In this document: positions 19,197 to 28,248 of the stretch, piece by piece | Numbering within the stretch: the first letter of the stretch is position 1 | Layout: every line of letters begins with the position of its first letter | Source of the DNA: a virus | Taxonomy: Duplodnaviria > Caudoviricetes | Length of the DNA stretch: 60,803 nucleotides | Virus record (IMG/VR): IMGVR_UViG_3300020044_008671 | Location: 1-60,803 of that record | Direction: 5' to 3' (one strand) | The notes under the pieces: generated by a model | Databases searched by the model: none | Told to the model about the DNA's origin: nothing | The model's input: the letters and a program-made list of their open reading frames with translations, nothing else | Made by a program: the position numbers and the translations under genes

Positions 19197-19481
19197 ATGG
19201 GAACTACTAAAACTGTAAAAAGGATGGATGCTAACGGCAACTTTCAAGATACAAAACAGACAAAAGTAGCTACAGTAGGTAAAAGAAAGCTATATGAAGA
19301 AACACCTATCTATGGAAAAAGAAAAGCAGGAAAATCGCCTGTTGGTATGGGTGGCACAGGAGGCGGAGGAAAGTCTGTAACAGGAACATCAAAAGGTAAA
19401 AAAACAGATAGCATTGGTAATGGTGCAGGATGCGCATTAACAGGAGATTGTAAAAAACCAAAAAGAAAAAGAATAAGATAA
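19197..19481 (+). CDS. Small Lys/Gly-rich basic protein
   Basis: Coupled to neighbours; ends CALTGDCKKPKRKRIR. Confidence 0.7.
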   Translation: MGTTKTVKRMDANGNFQDTKQTKVATVGKRKLYEETPIYGKRKAGKSPVGMGGTGGGGKSVTGTSKGKKTDSIGNGAGCALTGDCKKPKRKRIR

Positions 19482-19500
19482 CTTTTTAAAACTTAAAATC

Positions 19501-19770
19501 ATGGGACAAGATCCGAAAACTACTATTTTAAAGCAGAGACAAGGTAAGAGAAAAAGTAAAGTGCAAACTTTAACAGAAATACCAACCTCAAAAAACTCTC
19601 CTTATCCAGTACAAGATTCTTTAAGTAGAGTTACTACAAATGTGGTTAAAGTAAAAAAGGGTGGAGCTGAGGTTAAGTATAAAAGAAAGACTAGAGATAT
19701 TACTCCAAGTCCATTTTCAGGAGGAGCGCAGAAGAAGACAAAAAGTACAGTTACTATTAAAAGAAAATAA
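19501..19770 (+). CDS. Small Lys-rich basic protein (paralog of 18896..19195)
   Basis: Starts MGQDPKTTILKQR; 18890..18922 and 19495..19527 match at 32 of 33 nt. Confidence 0.75.
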   Translation: MGQDPKTTILKQRQGKRKSKVQTLTEIPTSKNSPYPVQDSLSRVTTNVVKVKKGGAEVKYKRKTRDITPSPFSGGAQKKTKSTVTIKRK

Positions 19771-20465
19771 TGGGCTACGATTCAGCAATGTCAAGAGCCG
19801 AAGACTTAGTAAGGTCGGTAAGCGGAGGTGTAACAGATATAGGTAATAAATATGAGCCTGACTACATGCTTTATTTATTAGACTTGTTTCGCGCAGTAGC
19901 TATATCCGAGCTTTTTAATAGCAAGGGTAGAACCTTTAGCCTTCATTATTCGCTGATGCAAGAATACGTTTCTAACAAAGATGATAGTATTCAAGTTGTA
20001 GATCCAATAAAACAAACATATTGCGCAGTAAGATTTGATGTTCCACAAATATTAATGATTAATGAATTAATAAATGGAGTCGGCTATGTTGGAGGAACAG
20101 ACGGACTAAGTCCATACAGGGCAGTAAGATCAAGACAAGAGTTAAGCGAACAATATATGCACCCTATAATGAAGCCTAGCTCAGAAAGGGTATATGTATT
20201 AACAGACGCTAACGGCAACTTTGAAGTTCATGGCAACGATGCTATAAATCAATTATTAATTAATGCTGCATTTTCGCAACCAACGCAAGTGCCAGGTTTT
20301 AATGTAGACGTTGACAGATACCCGGTTGACGATTCTGTAATGGCTCGAATGAAGGAAATCGCAAGAAAGTTATCTTTAGATTACATGGCAGGAACACCAG
20401 AAGACAGAATTCAAGACTTTCAAGTACAACTATCAAGACTTAAACAGCAAATTGTAATTAAGTAA
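19770..20465 (+). CDS. Tail ring/tubular protein
   Basis: SGG.TD N-terminus and AAFSQPT...DVDRYPVD motif as in crAss-like ring proteins; position. Confidence 0.6.
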   Translation: MGYDSAMSRAEDLVRSVSGGVTDIGNKYEPDYMLYLLDLFRAVAISELFNSKGRTFSLHYSLMQEYVSNKDDSIQVVDPIKQTYCAVRFDVPQILMINELINGVGYVGGTDGLSPYRAVRSRQELSEQYMHPIMKPSSERVYVLTDANGNFEVHGNDAINQLLINAAFSQPTQVPGFNVDVDRYPVDDSVMARMKEIARKLSLDYMAGTPEDRIQDFQVQLSRLKQQIVIK

Positions 20466-21217
20466 TGTCACAAGGAATATACGATACTATCACATACGAT
20501 CAGGTTCTTGCTTTTACCAAGAGAACGCTGCTTATTAGTGGAACTACGGAGCATGATGCTTTGTTAGAAACGCTACTTAATGAAGCAGTAGGACAAATTA
20601 ACAATCTAAGGATGGTAATTCCTCGATCATGCGTGAAAGACATTACCAATGGAAATCTTATTAAGCTACCAAACGGATTTAACAAACTAATAGGATTACG
20701 TTTTATCAAAGAGACAGCAGGCCAATCAGAACAAGAGGGCAATAATGCACAAATGATAAAAGGACACGATTATTTGTTTGAAGACTTGGTATATTTGAAT
20801 TATAAGTGGATGCTTGATTGTCAAGTAGATACCACATCTATACACAACAACCTAGATTATAAAGGTTTTTTTGATATTAAAGATGGATATATTGTATTTC
20901 AGTCTACCGTAGCAGACGTATATTCACAAGCTCAAATAGCCTTTAGCGGAACAAATGTAGATGAAGATGGTAAGTTTATCATCTATTCTGATTATGAAAG
21001 AGCGATACGCAACTATGCAGCAGCAGAGTTTGCAGAGTTGTTTCCTGATAAATATACGCCATCATTTGTAGGTACTAGACGTGCTACATGGACTGCACAA
21101 AAGAAATTCTTAAAAGGAAAGGACCAAGAACGCCATTGGGAAAATAACAAATTCCAAATTCAAAAGATAATACATAGCTTTTTTATTGATGAGTACGTAG
21201 CACCCGGTATGCCATAA
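20465..21217 (+). CDS. Tail ring/tubular protein
   Basis: IKLPNGF and VDEDG...IY..YERAI..Y motifs; directly before the nozzle gene. Confidence 0.6.
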   Translation: MSQGIYDTITYDQVLAFTKRTLLISGTTEHDALLETLLNEAVGQINNLRMVIPRSCVKDITNGNLIKLPNGFNKLIGLRFIKETAGQSEQEGNNAQMIKGHDYLFEDLVYLNYKWMLDCQVDTTSIHNNLDYKGFFDIKDGYIVFQSTVADVYSQAQIAFSGTNVDEDGKFIIYSDYERAIRNYAAAEFAELFPDKYTPSFVGTRRATWTAQKKFLKGKDQERHWENNKFQIQKIIHSFFIDEYVAPGMP

Positions 21218-24200
21218 TGAGATCTCAGTCAGTACGCCTAAATCCATTGGGAGGAATGGACAGCGATTCAGAAATACTTAAAGTTAATAACGGAAAGTAC
21301 ATATCAGCAGAAAACATTCGCCAATTAACTGACGAAGGACAATCTACTTTTAGCGTACAGAACATCAAGGGAAACAAGCTGATATTTTCGTTTCCTGAAG
21401 TGTTGCCATCGCAAAAAGGCTATCGAGTAAATATAGACATCTCAAAGATGGATCCTGCGCGAACAGAAACGTGGAGGGTAGAGCTATATGACAATTACGC
21501 TAACTTAATAGACTTTCAAACATTTGTTGTTAATCAGGCAAGTATAGCAACAAGTGCAACAAACCTGCAAACGGCAGTACAGGCAGCGTTAGCAACAGCA
21601 GCATGGACCTTTTCAGACGGTATAACTCCAATATCAAGTACAGAGAGAAGTTATTCTGTATCTGTATCTCCCGGATATCAGTATGCAGAATATCAGATAT
21701 ACATAATTCCTCCAACAAGCAACGATGAACAAGCAATTTTAGAAATTAACGTTTATCAAGAGGCTGTTGACTTGGGGATAGCAGGTTTTTTACGACCTAT
21801 GAGCGGGTATGAATTAGGCGAAGATATTTTTTTGTGGAGTACAACGCAAGACAACCTACCAACACCAATACCTTCAGTTGTGATTACTGGAGCAACAAAC
21901 GCAAACCCAATAGTTATTACTACTAATGTCGCACATACGATTTCTTTTGCGCAAGAAATAATAGTGGAGGGGGTATTAGGAAATACGGCCGCCAACGGAA
22001 CCTTTATTGCCATTCCAACATCTACCACTCAACTACAACTAGTCCAATCAAGAGGAGCAGCATCAGGAGCCTTTGTCGCAAGCCCAAACTCTGTCATTAC
22101 ATTACACCCAAAAGGGCTAGGAGAAATTGGCGTGTTGACTTATAATATCAACACAGAAGTTTATGATTATACTGCGCTATTAACAAGTAAGCAGCTAAAC
22201 TTTATAGCGCCAAAGCAAATTAAAATCCATGGAGAGGACAACTACGTCTACAAGTCTTTTTATTTTACAGATGGATTTAACCCTATGCGAGTTTTTTACT
22301 ACAAAGGGGCATACGTAAATAATGGAGCAATTAAATTATTAAATGATGAAGGCTATTATCAGTATGAAACGCTATCTAAAGAGACGCTATTAATACTTAG
22401 CACAGCATCATCAAGACTAACATTAAATAGAGTAATTCAGCAAGGAGGTAAGGTTAAGACAGGCAATATAATCTACTTCCATCGATTTTTAACAGATGCC
22501 TTATCTACGACAGACTGGATAGCGCCATGTAACCCAATTAATATATACGAAGCTGTATATACAGATCCAAATAATGCGGACCAGGCAAGAACTTTATTTG
22601 GATCAGAGGCCGATAAAGAAACATCAAAGATTGTAGAGCTAAACATTGAAAATATAATCCCTATATTCAAATATGTTGAGGTAGCCTATGTAATATATGG
22701 AGGCAAAGGCGTGTCCAATGCAGCAAGTATTTTACCAAGAATAGCATTAAACGAGGACGCTAACATTATTGTTCAGCATACAGGTAATGAGGCCGTATCA
22801 GAAACAGAGATTGACATAGGCACATTAAATAAAATTACAGCAGGGTATATTACAGCAGGGTACATTGATTCTTTAGACAATAGGTTAATAATTGCTGATC
22901 TTACTACGGCAGCCAACTATGATTTTACTGAGTTCTTTGCTACGTTTCAGCACGACTTATCGTATGATAAAATTTTATCGGTTGATACCTTAAACAACAA
23001 TGGACTAAATAATGAACAGTTTAAAATTGCGGAGTACCAACTAGAACAAAATGTAAATAGTAAAGTTGGTTACATGTTGTATGAGACTTATCGTTTTTTT
23101 GGGGTAGTGGAGTTTAATAATGGTTCAATGTCGCAAGGTTTTTTTATTGATGATATCCGCTTTGACTGCGATACAAGGGCAAGGAGAGGGTTGGCATTGC
23201 CAAACTATAACCTATCAGAATTGGTAGGATCAGACGTTTACCTGAGAATTCCAAGAGTGGAATTCTACGGATTTAATATTGACACAAAAGTTGGCGGAAC
23301 TCGAATAAGAGATATAATAAAAAGAATACATATTTACAGGGCAGAAGTAGACAACCCTACGGTATTAGCATCAGGCTATGTTATACCATGCGTGACAGGA
23401 GAGTTGAGTGTTCTTTTTAATTTCCCTGGTTATAGTACAACATTCTACATGCATGGGGGAGATGGAGTATCAGATACAAATATAACTCCAATAATGGAAT
23501 ATCCATTTGCAGCTGGCAATACGTGGGGCAATTACGCAACTCTTTCAATGTCAAATCCAACATATCCAGGCCCTGCACTAGAAACAGCAATTTTCTCAAC
23601 ATTTACAGCTAAAAGAAGGTATGTTGCCTTTTACTCTATGGACCTTAGATTAGGTGTAACATCAATAACCCCTAGGGCAAATGATAAAATATTAAATTTT
23701 GGACAAGATTATCCCGACATATTAGCTTTACCTTCCAATTACAATTTTTCGTGTGGTAAATATAGGTGGACTTCTGGAAGAACCGCAGCAAACCCTTTTG
23801 TACAAGAAAATATTTTAGAGGGAGCCTCAATGGCAAAGAACACTATTGTCAAAATGAATGGCGGTGCCGATATAATAACCAAAAATATTAAGAAAAAAAA
23901 CTCAGCTTCTTATTCAGAATATGATTCGTGGAGGGACTCGGGATTAATGTTAAGGCTAAGTGCCGATATAAGTCAGCCAAATACGGCAATGTCAAACGAC
24001 TATGGCTTTTACAATGCACTATATTATAGGGCTGCGGTTAATCAATACGGTAGCCCCGAAAATAACAAAATAATACCTACTAATAGCTTTATTGATTTAT
24101 CGATTTATAGAACCAATATTGTCCAAAAAGGATCGCTATATGTGTATGGGGGAGATACTTTTACGCAAGTGTGTTATAAAAAAACAGCATTTCAAACATT

Positions 24201-25806
24201 TCCCTTGAACTTTTTTGGTCAACCAGACCAACAAGGTTTACAACTTAATCATGGGGTAAGATATGTTGCACAAAACAAAGGAAACTTTTCCATGCGATAT
24301 AATTATGGCGATGGATCAATTCTTAACTACCCAAATACGACTTTTTCACTATCCGCTACTTTACAAGTAACAGGAATTAAAGCTTGGCTTTGGGCAAATA
24401 AAGAAGATGAGCCTTTAGGCTACAATACAGGGTACAATATAAAAGGTATATATAACTTATACTCTAAGCCGGTTTATGACGTAAATAAAAACTATACTAA
24501 CGAAGAACCTACGACGATAGCCTATTCTCCCAAGAAAGTGTTAGGCAGCCAAACTGATACTTACAGACAGTTTTTACCAATAGACATTAAGATATTAGAC
24601 TATGCTTATGGTAGAATATCAGGAATAAAAACTGCAAATGGAGAGCTTTATTCATGGCAACCAAGAATGTTTAAAAAGCACTATTTTAATTCTGATGGCG
24701 CATTTACAACACAAGATGGTGCAGAAGTAATAATAGGATCAGGCGGAGTGATGGCACGACAAGAGCTGGACTTATCCATATTTGGGACTTACAACTACTT
24801 TGGTATTGTAAAAGGAGTGTCAGATGGTGGCAAGTCAATTCTTTATTGGTTTAACGCAAAGCACAATAAATTTATTAGACATGGAGCAGATGGAACGCAG
24901 GTTATCAGCGACAGAGCTTTTATGTCTAGCTTCTTCAGAAATAATGCTAAATGGGTAATACTATACGATCAGCCATTGTATAATGGAGGAATTATAGGCG
25001 TATGGAATCAAAAGTTTTCGGAGGCTATATTTACCTTTTTAGCACAACGACAAGTTGCTAAGTATAATCCTGCAACAACATATAGTATTGGGCAGGCTGT
25101 ATCATATACTCCAACTACCTTTTCAACATTTCAACAGACTGGAGAGATATTTATATCTAAAACAAATGGTAATATTGGCAACACACCATCCAATGCAAGC
25201 GTATCAAATGCTAATTGGGAGATTGTGCCACATACAAACCCTGAATACTACAGTGAGTTTACAATCGTATGGAACGAAAAGGTAAATTCTTTTAATACCT
25301 ACCATACCTACAAATCAATAATGATGGTTCCATATAAAGATACCTTCATATCAGCAAGCAGAAATCTAAGTAATAGAACAGAGTTGTACAAGCACGACGA
25401 AGGAGATTACGGCGAGTGGTACAATAATGACGAGGTAAGCATATTTGTAGATTCATATATTGAACTAGTTGTTAATATTTATCCCGACGACATAAAGAAA
25501 TTTCAAGCAATAGAGATTACAAGCTTATTACGTCCTTATGGAGTAACATTTAGAACAGATGGGCAGCAGTCTTTTTTACAAGAGGCGGATTGGGAGTTGA
25601 TGGACGATAAGCAAACATGGAGATCCGAAATCAAGAACGACTCAACAGTTACATTACAGAACCCTACTGGCAGAAACGATATTGATACTAGCGGACTTTT
25701 TGGAAAATGGTTAACGGTCAGAATAGCCTTTGAAAAAGGGGTAAAGCAGGTTGTTAAAGATACGATAGTAAAATTTCAGGTATTGAATAGAACTAACAAA
25801 CAATAA
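21217..25806 (+). CDS. Tail nozzle/muzzle (stabilisation) protein
   Basis: N-terminal GGMDSDS...KY.SAENIR, FYFTDGFNPMR, YGRISGI and TIVWNEK..SF motifs; 1,529 aa, beta-rich. Confidence 0.75.
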   Translation: MRSQSVRLNPLGGMDSDSEILKVNNGKYISAENIRQLTDEGQSTFSVQNIKGNKLIFSFPEVLPSQKGYRVNIDISKMDPARTETWRVELYDNYANLIDFQTFVVNQASIATSATNLQTAVQAALATAAWTFSDGITPISSTERSYSVSVSPGYQYAEYQIYIIPPTSNDEQAILEINVYQEAVDLGIAGFLRPMSGYELGEDIFLWSTTQDNLPTPIPSVVITGATNANPIVITTNVAHTISFAQEIIVEGVLGNTAANGTFIAIPTSTTQLQLVQSRGAASGAFVASPNSVITLHPKGLGEIGVLTYNINTEVYDYTALLTSKQLNFIAPKQIKIHGEDNYVYKSFYFTDGFNPMRVFYYKGAYVNNGAIKLLNDEGYYQYETLSKETLLILSTASSRLTLNRVIQQGGKVKTGNIIYFHRFLTDALSTTDWIAPCNPINIYEAVYTDPNNADQARTLFGSEADKETSKIVELNIENIIPIFKYVEVAYVIYGGKGVSNAASILPRIALNEDANIIVQHTGNEAVSETEIDIGTLNKITAGYITAGYIDSLDNRLIIADLTTAANYDFTEFFATFQHDLSYDKILSVDTLNNNGLNNEQFKIAEYQLEQNVNSKVGYMLYETYRFFGVVEFNNGSMSQGFFIDDIRFDCDTRARRGLALPNYNLSELVGSDVYLRIPRVEFYGFNIDTKVGGTRIRDIIKRIHIYRAEVDNPTVLASGYVIPCVTGELSVLFNFPGYSTTFYMHGGDGVSDTNITPIMEYPFAAGNTWGNYATLSMSNPTYPGPALETAIFSTFTAKRRYVAFYSMDLRLGVTSITPRANDKILNFGQDYPDILALPSNYNFSCGKYRWTSGRTAANPFVQENILEGASMAKNTIVKMNGGADIITKNIKKKNSASYSEYDSWRDSGLMLRLSADISQPNTAMSNDYGFYNALYYRAAVNQYGSPENNKIIPTNSFIDLSIYRTNIVQKGSLYVYGGDTFTQVCYKKTAFQTFPLNFFGQPDQQGLQLNHGVRYVAQNKGNFSMRYNYGDGSILNYPNTTFSLSATLQVTGIKAWLWANKEDEPLGYNTGYNIKGIYNLYSKPVYDVNKNYTNEEPTTIAYSPKKVLGSQTDTYRQFLPIDIKILDYAYGRISGIKTANGELYSWQPRMFKKHYFNSDGAFTTQDGAEVIIGSGGVMARQELDLSIFGTYNYFGIVKGVSDGGKSILYWFNAKHNKFIRHGADGTQVISDRAFMSSFFRNNAKWVILYDQPLYNGGIIGVWNQKFSEAIFTFLAQRQVAKYNPATTYSIGQAVSYTPTTFSTFQQTGEIFISKTNGNIGNTPSNASVSNANWEIVPHTNPEYYSEFTIVWNEKVNSFNTYHTYKSIMMVPYKDTFISASRNLSNRTELYKHDEGDYGEWYNNDEVSIFVDSYIELVVNIYPDDIKKFQAIEITSLLRPYGVTFRTDGQQSFLQEADWELMDDKQTWRSEIKNDSTVTLQNPTGRNDIDTSGLFGKWLTVRIAFEKGVKQVVKDTIVKFQVLNRTNKQ
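22834..22866 (+). repeat. 15-bp tandem duplication encoding ITAGY x2
   Basis: attacagcagggtat attacagcagggtac att. Confidence 0.8.
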
Positions 25807-25809
25807 TTG

Positions 25810-25817
25810 TAAATTTG
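25810..25817 (+). promoter_or_regulatory. -7 promoter element TAAATTTG
   Basis: Intergenic TAnnTTTG before the ejection protein genes. Confidence 0.55.
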
Positions 25818-25837
25818 GAGTATTAATAATAAAAGAC

Positions 25838-26704
25838 ATGGCACTAGAAGGAGATGACTTTTTATCGCAATTGCAAGCAATGATGGGAGGCGGTGGAATA
25901 GCAGGAGCAGCTTCCACAGCACTTAAATTCAATCCATATACGGCAGCAGCAACAACGGCCCTTGGCGTTATTCAGTCGGCCGTAGGTTTTAGCAAGCTTA
26001 ATAAGCTAAAGAACGAAAACCCACAGTATGAGTTAACGGCAGGGATGAAGGGTAGTATATCAGATGCGGACGCAAGAAGAGGGATGGGATTTACGCCCGA
26101 ACAAACGCAAGCTTATCAAAATAGAATAGCAAGAGGAAACAATACAGGCTACCAACGTGCAGTTGACATGGCTCCAAGTATGGCAGGCGCAATTACGGCA
26201 GGTATTAACTTCAACAACGCACAACGGCAACTAGACTTTGCAGTAAAGGACGCAGAGATGCAGGCTAGAAACATTCAAAGGTCAGACTCACTTCGCAAAG
26301 AAGGGCAGAATATTTCTAATATGAATACGAATGTGAAGATTAACAACCTCGCGCGAGCAAGACAGTCTTTTGGGCAGGCAGCACAAACAGGCATTAACAA
26401 TGCTATTACAGGAATGACTATGTTAGGTAGTGGTGCAGGAAAAGGAAACAAGACAACCGCAGGTACGCCACAAGCAGAAAACACCAACGCCATGGGATTA
26501 GGAGAAGCAGGGGCTAAGATGTTTGACACGAACTACGGAGCAACAAAAGGCGGAACACGAGGCTTTGGAGGGATGGGTAAGACAAACAAAAGCTTTAATG
26601 TTCCTACGCCTACTGTAAATATGCAAACCCCTAATATGGATAGCGAAGAGGACTTTTCATTACAAGGTATTGACACAAGATTCCGACCATACGAAAATTT
26701 CTAA
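25838..26704 (+). CDS. Probable ejection (internal virion) protein
   Basis: Gly/Ala-rich hydrophobic N-terminus followed by Q/A/N-rich coils; follows the nozzle gene as in podoviruses. Confidence 0.65.
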   Translation: MALEGDDFLSQLQAMMGGGGIAGAASTALKFNPYTAAATTALGVIQSAVGFSKLNKLKNENPQYELTAGMKGSISDADARRGMGFTPEQTQAYQNRIARGNNTGYQRAVDMAPSMAGAITAGINFNNAQRQLDFAVKDAEMQARNIQRSDSLRKEGQNISNMNTNVKINNLARARQSFGQAAQTGINNAITGMTMLGSGAGKGNKTTAGTPQAENTNAMGLGEAGAKMFDTNYGATKGGTRGFGGMGKTNKSFNVPTPTVNMQTPNMDSEEDFSLQGIDTRFRPYENF

Positions 26705-26710
26705 GATAAC

Positions 26711-28243
26711 ATGGCAGAAGCAGGAAATTATGGATTAGGAATAGCACTCTCAGGAGAGCCTAGACAAGCATTGCGTATTGCAGAGATGCAGGCGCAGAAT
26801 GATGTAGCACAAGGGGCAGCAGCGCAAAAAGCAGCAGCCTTAAAGGCAAGGCAAGAGGCAGCCGACCTTAATAAAATATCAACACAGGACTTTAAGATTG
26901 ACCCTTCTAAATATCATAAGAAACTAGCTCCGTTAGTATCAAGCGACGCAAAGGACACATTTCAAAAGATTGTAGATCTTAGCAAGACAGGAAGTCCTAA
27001 TTGGCAAACATCGATGTACCCATTATTAATGGATTACAGAGAGAGGCTTAAAACATATCAAGACCAATCCAAAGTATTTTTTGATTATGAAGCGCAAGAC
27101 CCTATTAAGTTTAACATAGATCCTGAATTCAGAAAAAGATTAAATGCTAATCCTGGCGATTTAACTGATATAACAGAATACGTCAATGCCACAAGAGGGC
27201 TAAAAGGAGTTGATGTAGGCGAGAATGGCTTTGTCGTATTTAACCCTGCACCAAAAGGAGACTTTAACAAAGAGTGGGGAACTTATTTAAGTACAAAAGG
27301 AGCATTTAACCAAACTACAGGAAAGCCACGATCAATAGGGGATGGGTTATTAGGGATTGACAAGATGTTCAGCTTAGATCCAGTAGCAGCACAAGCCTTC
27401 CTTGATGATAAGCGTAAAGATCCTGCAATATTACAACAGTTAATTTGGGAGGCTGACCCAGCAACAATACCTGCTGATGTAGACACAAGAAACCCTGCTA
27501 AGTTAGCGGAATATGGACAGAAGTTATTTGATGAGAAGGCTGCGATATTAAAAAAGGCTGCCAATTATAGTGAGAATGATATTAGAAATGCTCCTGAAGA
27601 TAGTAAAGCTACTATACCTTCAAAATATGTTGGCAATGGCAGAGGAGGATTTAACTACCAAACGCAGCAAGGAATATGGTCCGCTAGTTACGATGAGCCA
27701 CAAGGCAAGTATTGGATTTCTGTACAGATGCCACAAGCAAAAGGAGAGAAGATGGGGCAGAAAGAGCTAGAGTTTACTAGAACAAACGAGACTACCGGCA
27801 AGCAAGAGGTTGTCAAAGGAACACTACAAGGCTTTATATATGACCCATCGAAAAAAACATTTAAAACTATCATCTCGCGTAAGCAAGGAGGCGATGGGTT
27901 TAACTTTATCATGCCAGACGCAAATGGCGCATTTCCATCACAGCCTGCAACATCATACGAGACACTAGATATTGGATGGGATCCTAAGATTAGAGATATG
28001 TTACAAGCGGAGTTCGGAAATAACAACCCACTTGATGTAGCTGCCGATTTGTTAAAGAGAAATTATGGAGTAGATGTAGGCATTGTAAATGAGGAATATG
28101 TACCTATTTATGACAAAGCAGTAAAAACACAGAAGCCAGGTGCAGCAGGCGCTCCATCACAAACGGTAACAAGAGGGCAGAGTAAAGCATTAAAAGCTAA
28201 GGCAGACAGCCTAACTAAAAACGATTCAAATTATCCATTCTAA
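26711..28243 (+). CDS. Probable ejection (internal virion) protein
   Basis: Ala/Gln-rich N-terminal coil; located between the small and giant ejection genes. Confidence 0.6.
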   Translation: MAEAGNYGLGIALSGEPRQALRIAEMQAQNDVAQGAAAQKAAALKARQEAADLNKISTQDFKIDPSKYHKKLAPLVSSDAKDTFQKIVDLSKTGSPNWQTSMYPLLMDYRERLKTYQDQSKVFFDYEAQDPIKFNIDPEFRKRLNANPGDLTDITEYVNATRGLKGVDVGENGFVVFNPAPKGDFNKEWGTYLSTKGAFNQTTGKPRSIGDGLLGIDKMFSLDPVAAQAFLDDKRKDPAILQQLIWEADPATIPADVDTRNPAKLAEYGQKLFDEKAAILKKAANYSENDIRNAPEDSKATIPSKYVGNGRGGFNYQTQQGIWSASYDEPQGKYWISVQMPQAKGEKMGQKELEFTRTNETTGKQEVVKGTLQGFIYDPSKKTFKTIISRKQGGDGFNFIMPDANGAFPSQPATSYETLDIGWDPKIRDMLQAEFGNNNPLDVAADLLKRNYGVDVGIVNEEYVPIYDKAVKTQKPGAAGAPSQTVTRGQSKALKAKADSLTKNDSNYPF

Positions 28244-28248
28244 TAGGT

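Noticed and set aside
1-20106. Diversity-generating retroelement or CRISPR explanation for the 52-bp duplicate
   Set aside because: The copies are identical with no adenine-specific differences; no reverse transcriptase or repeat-spacer array was seen
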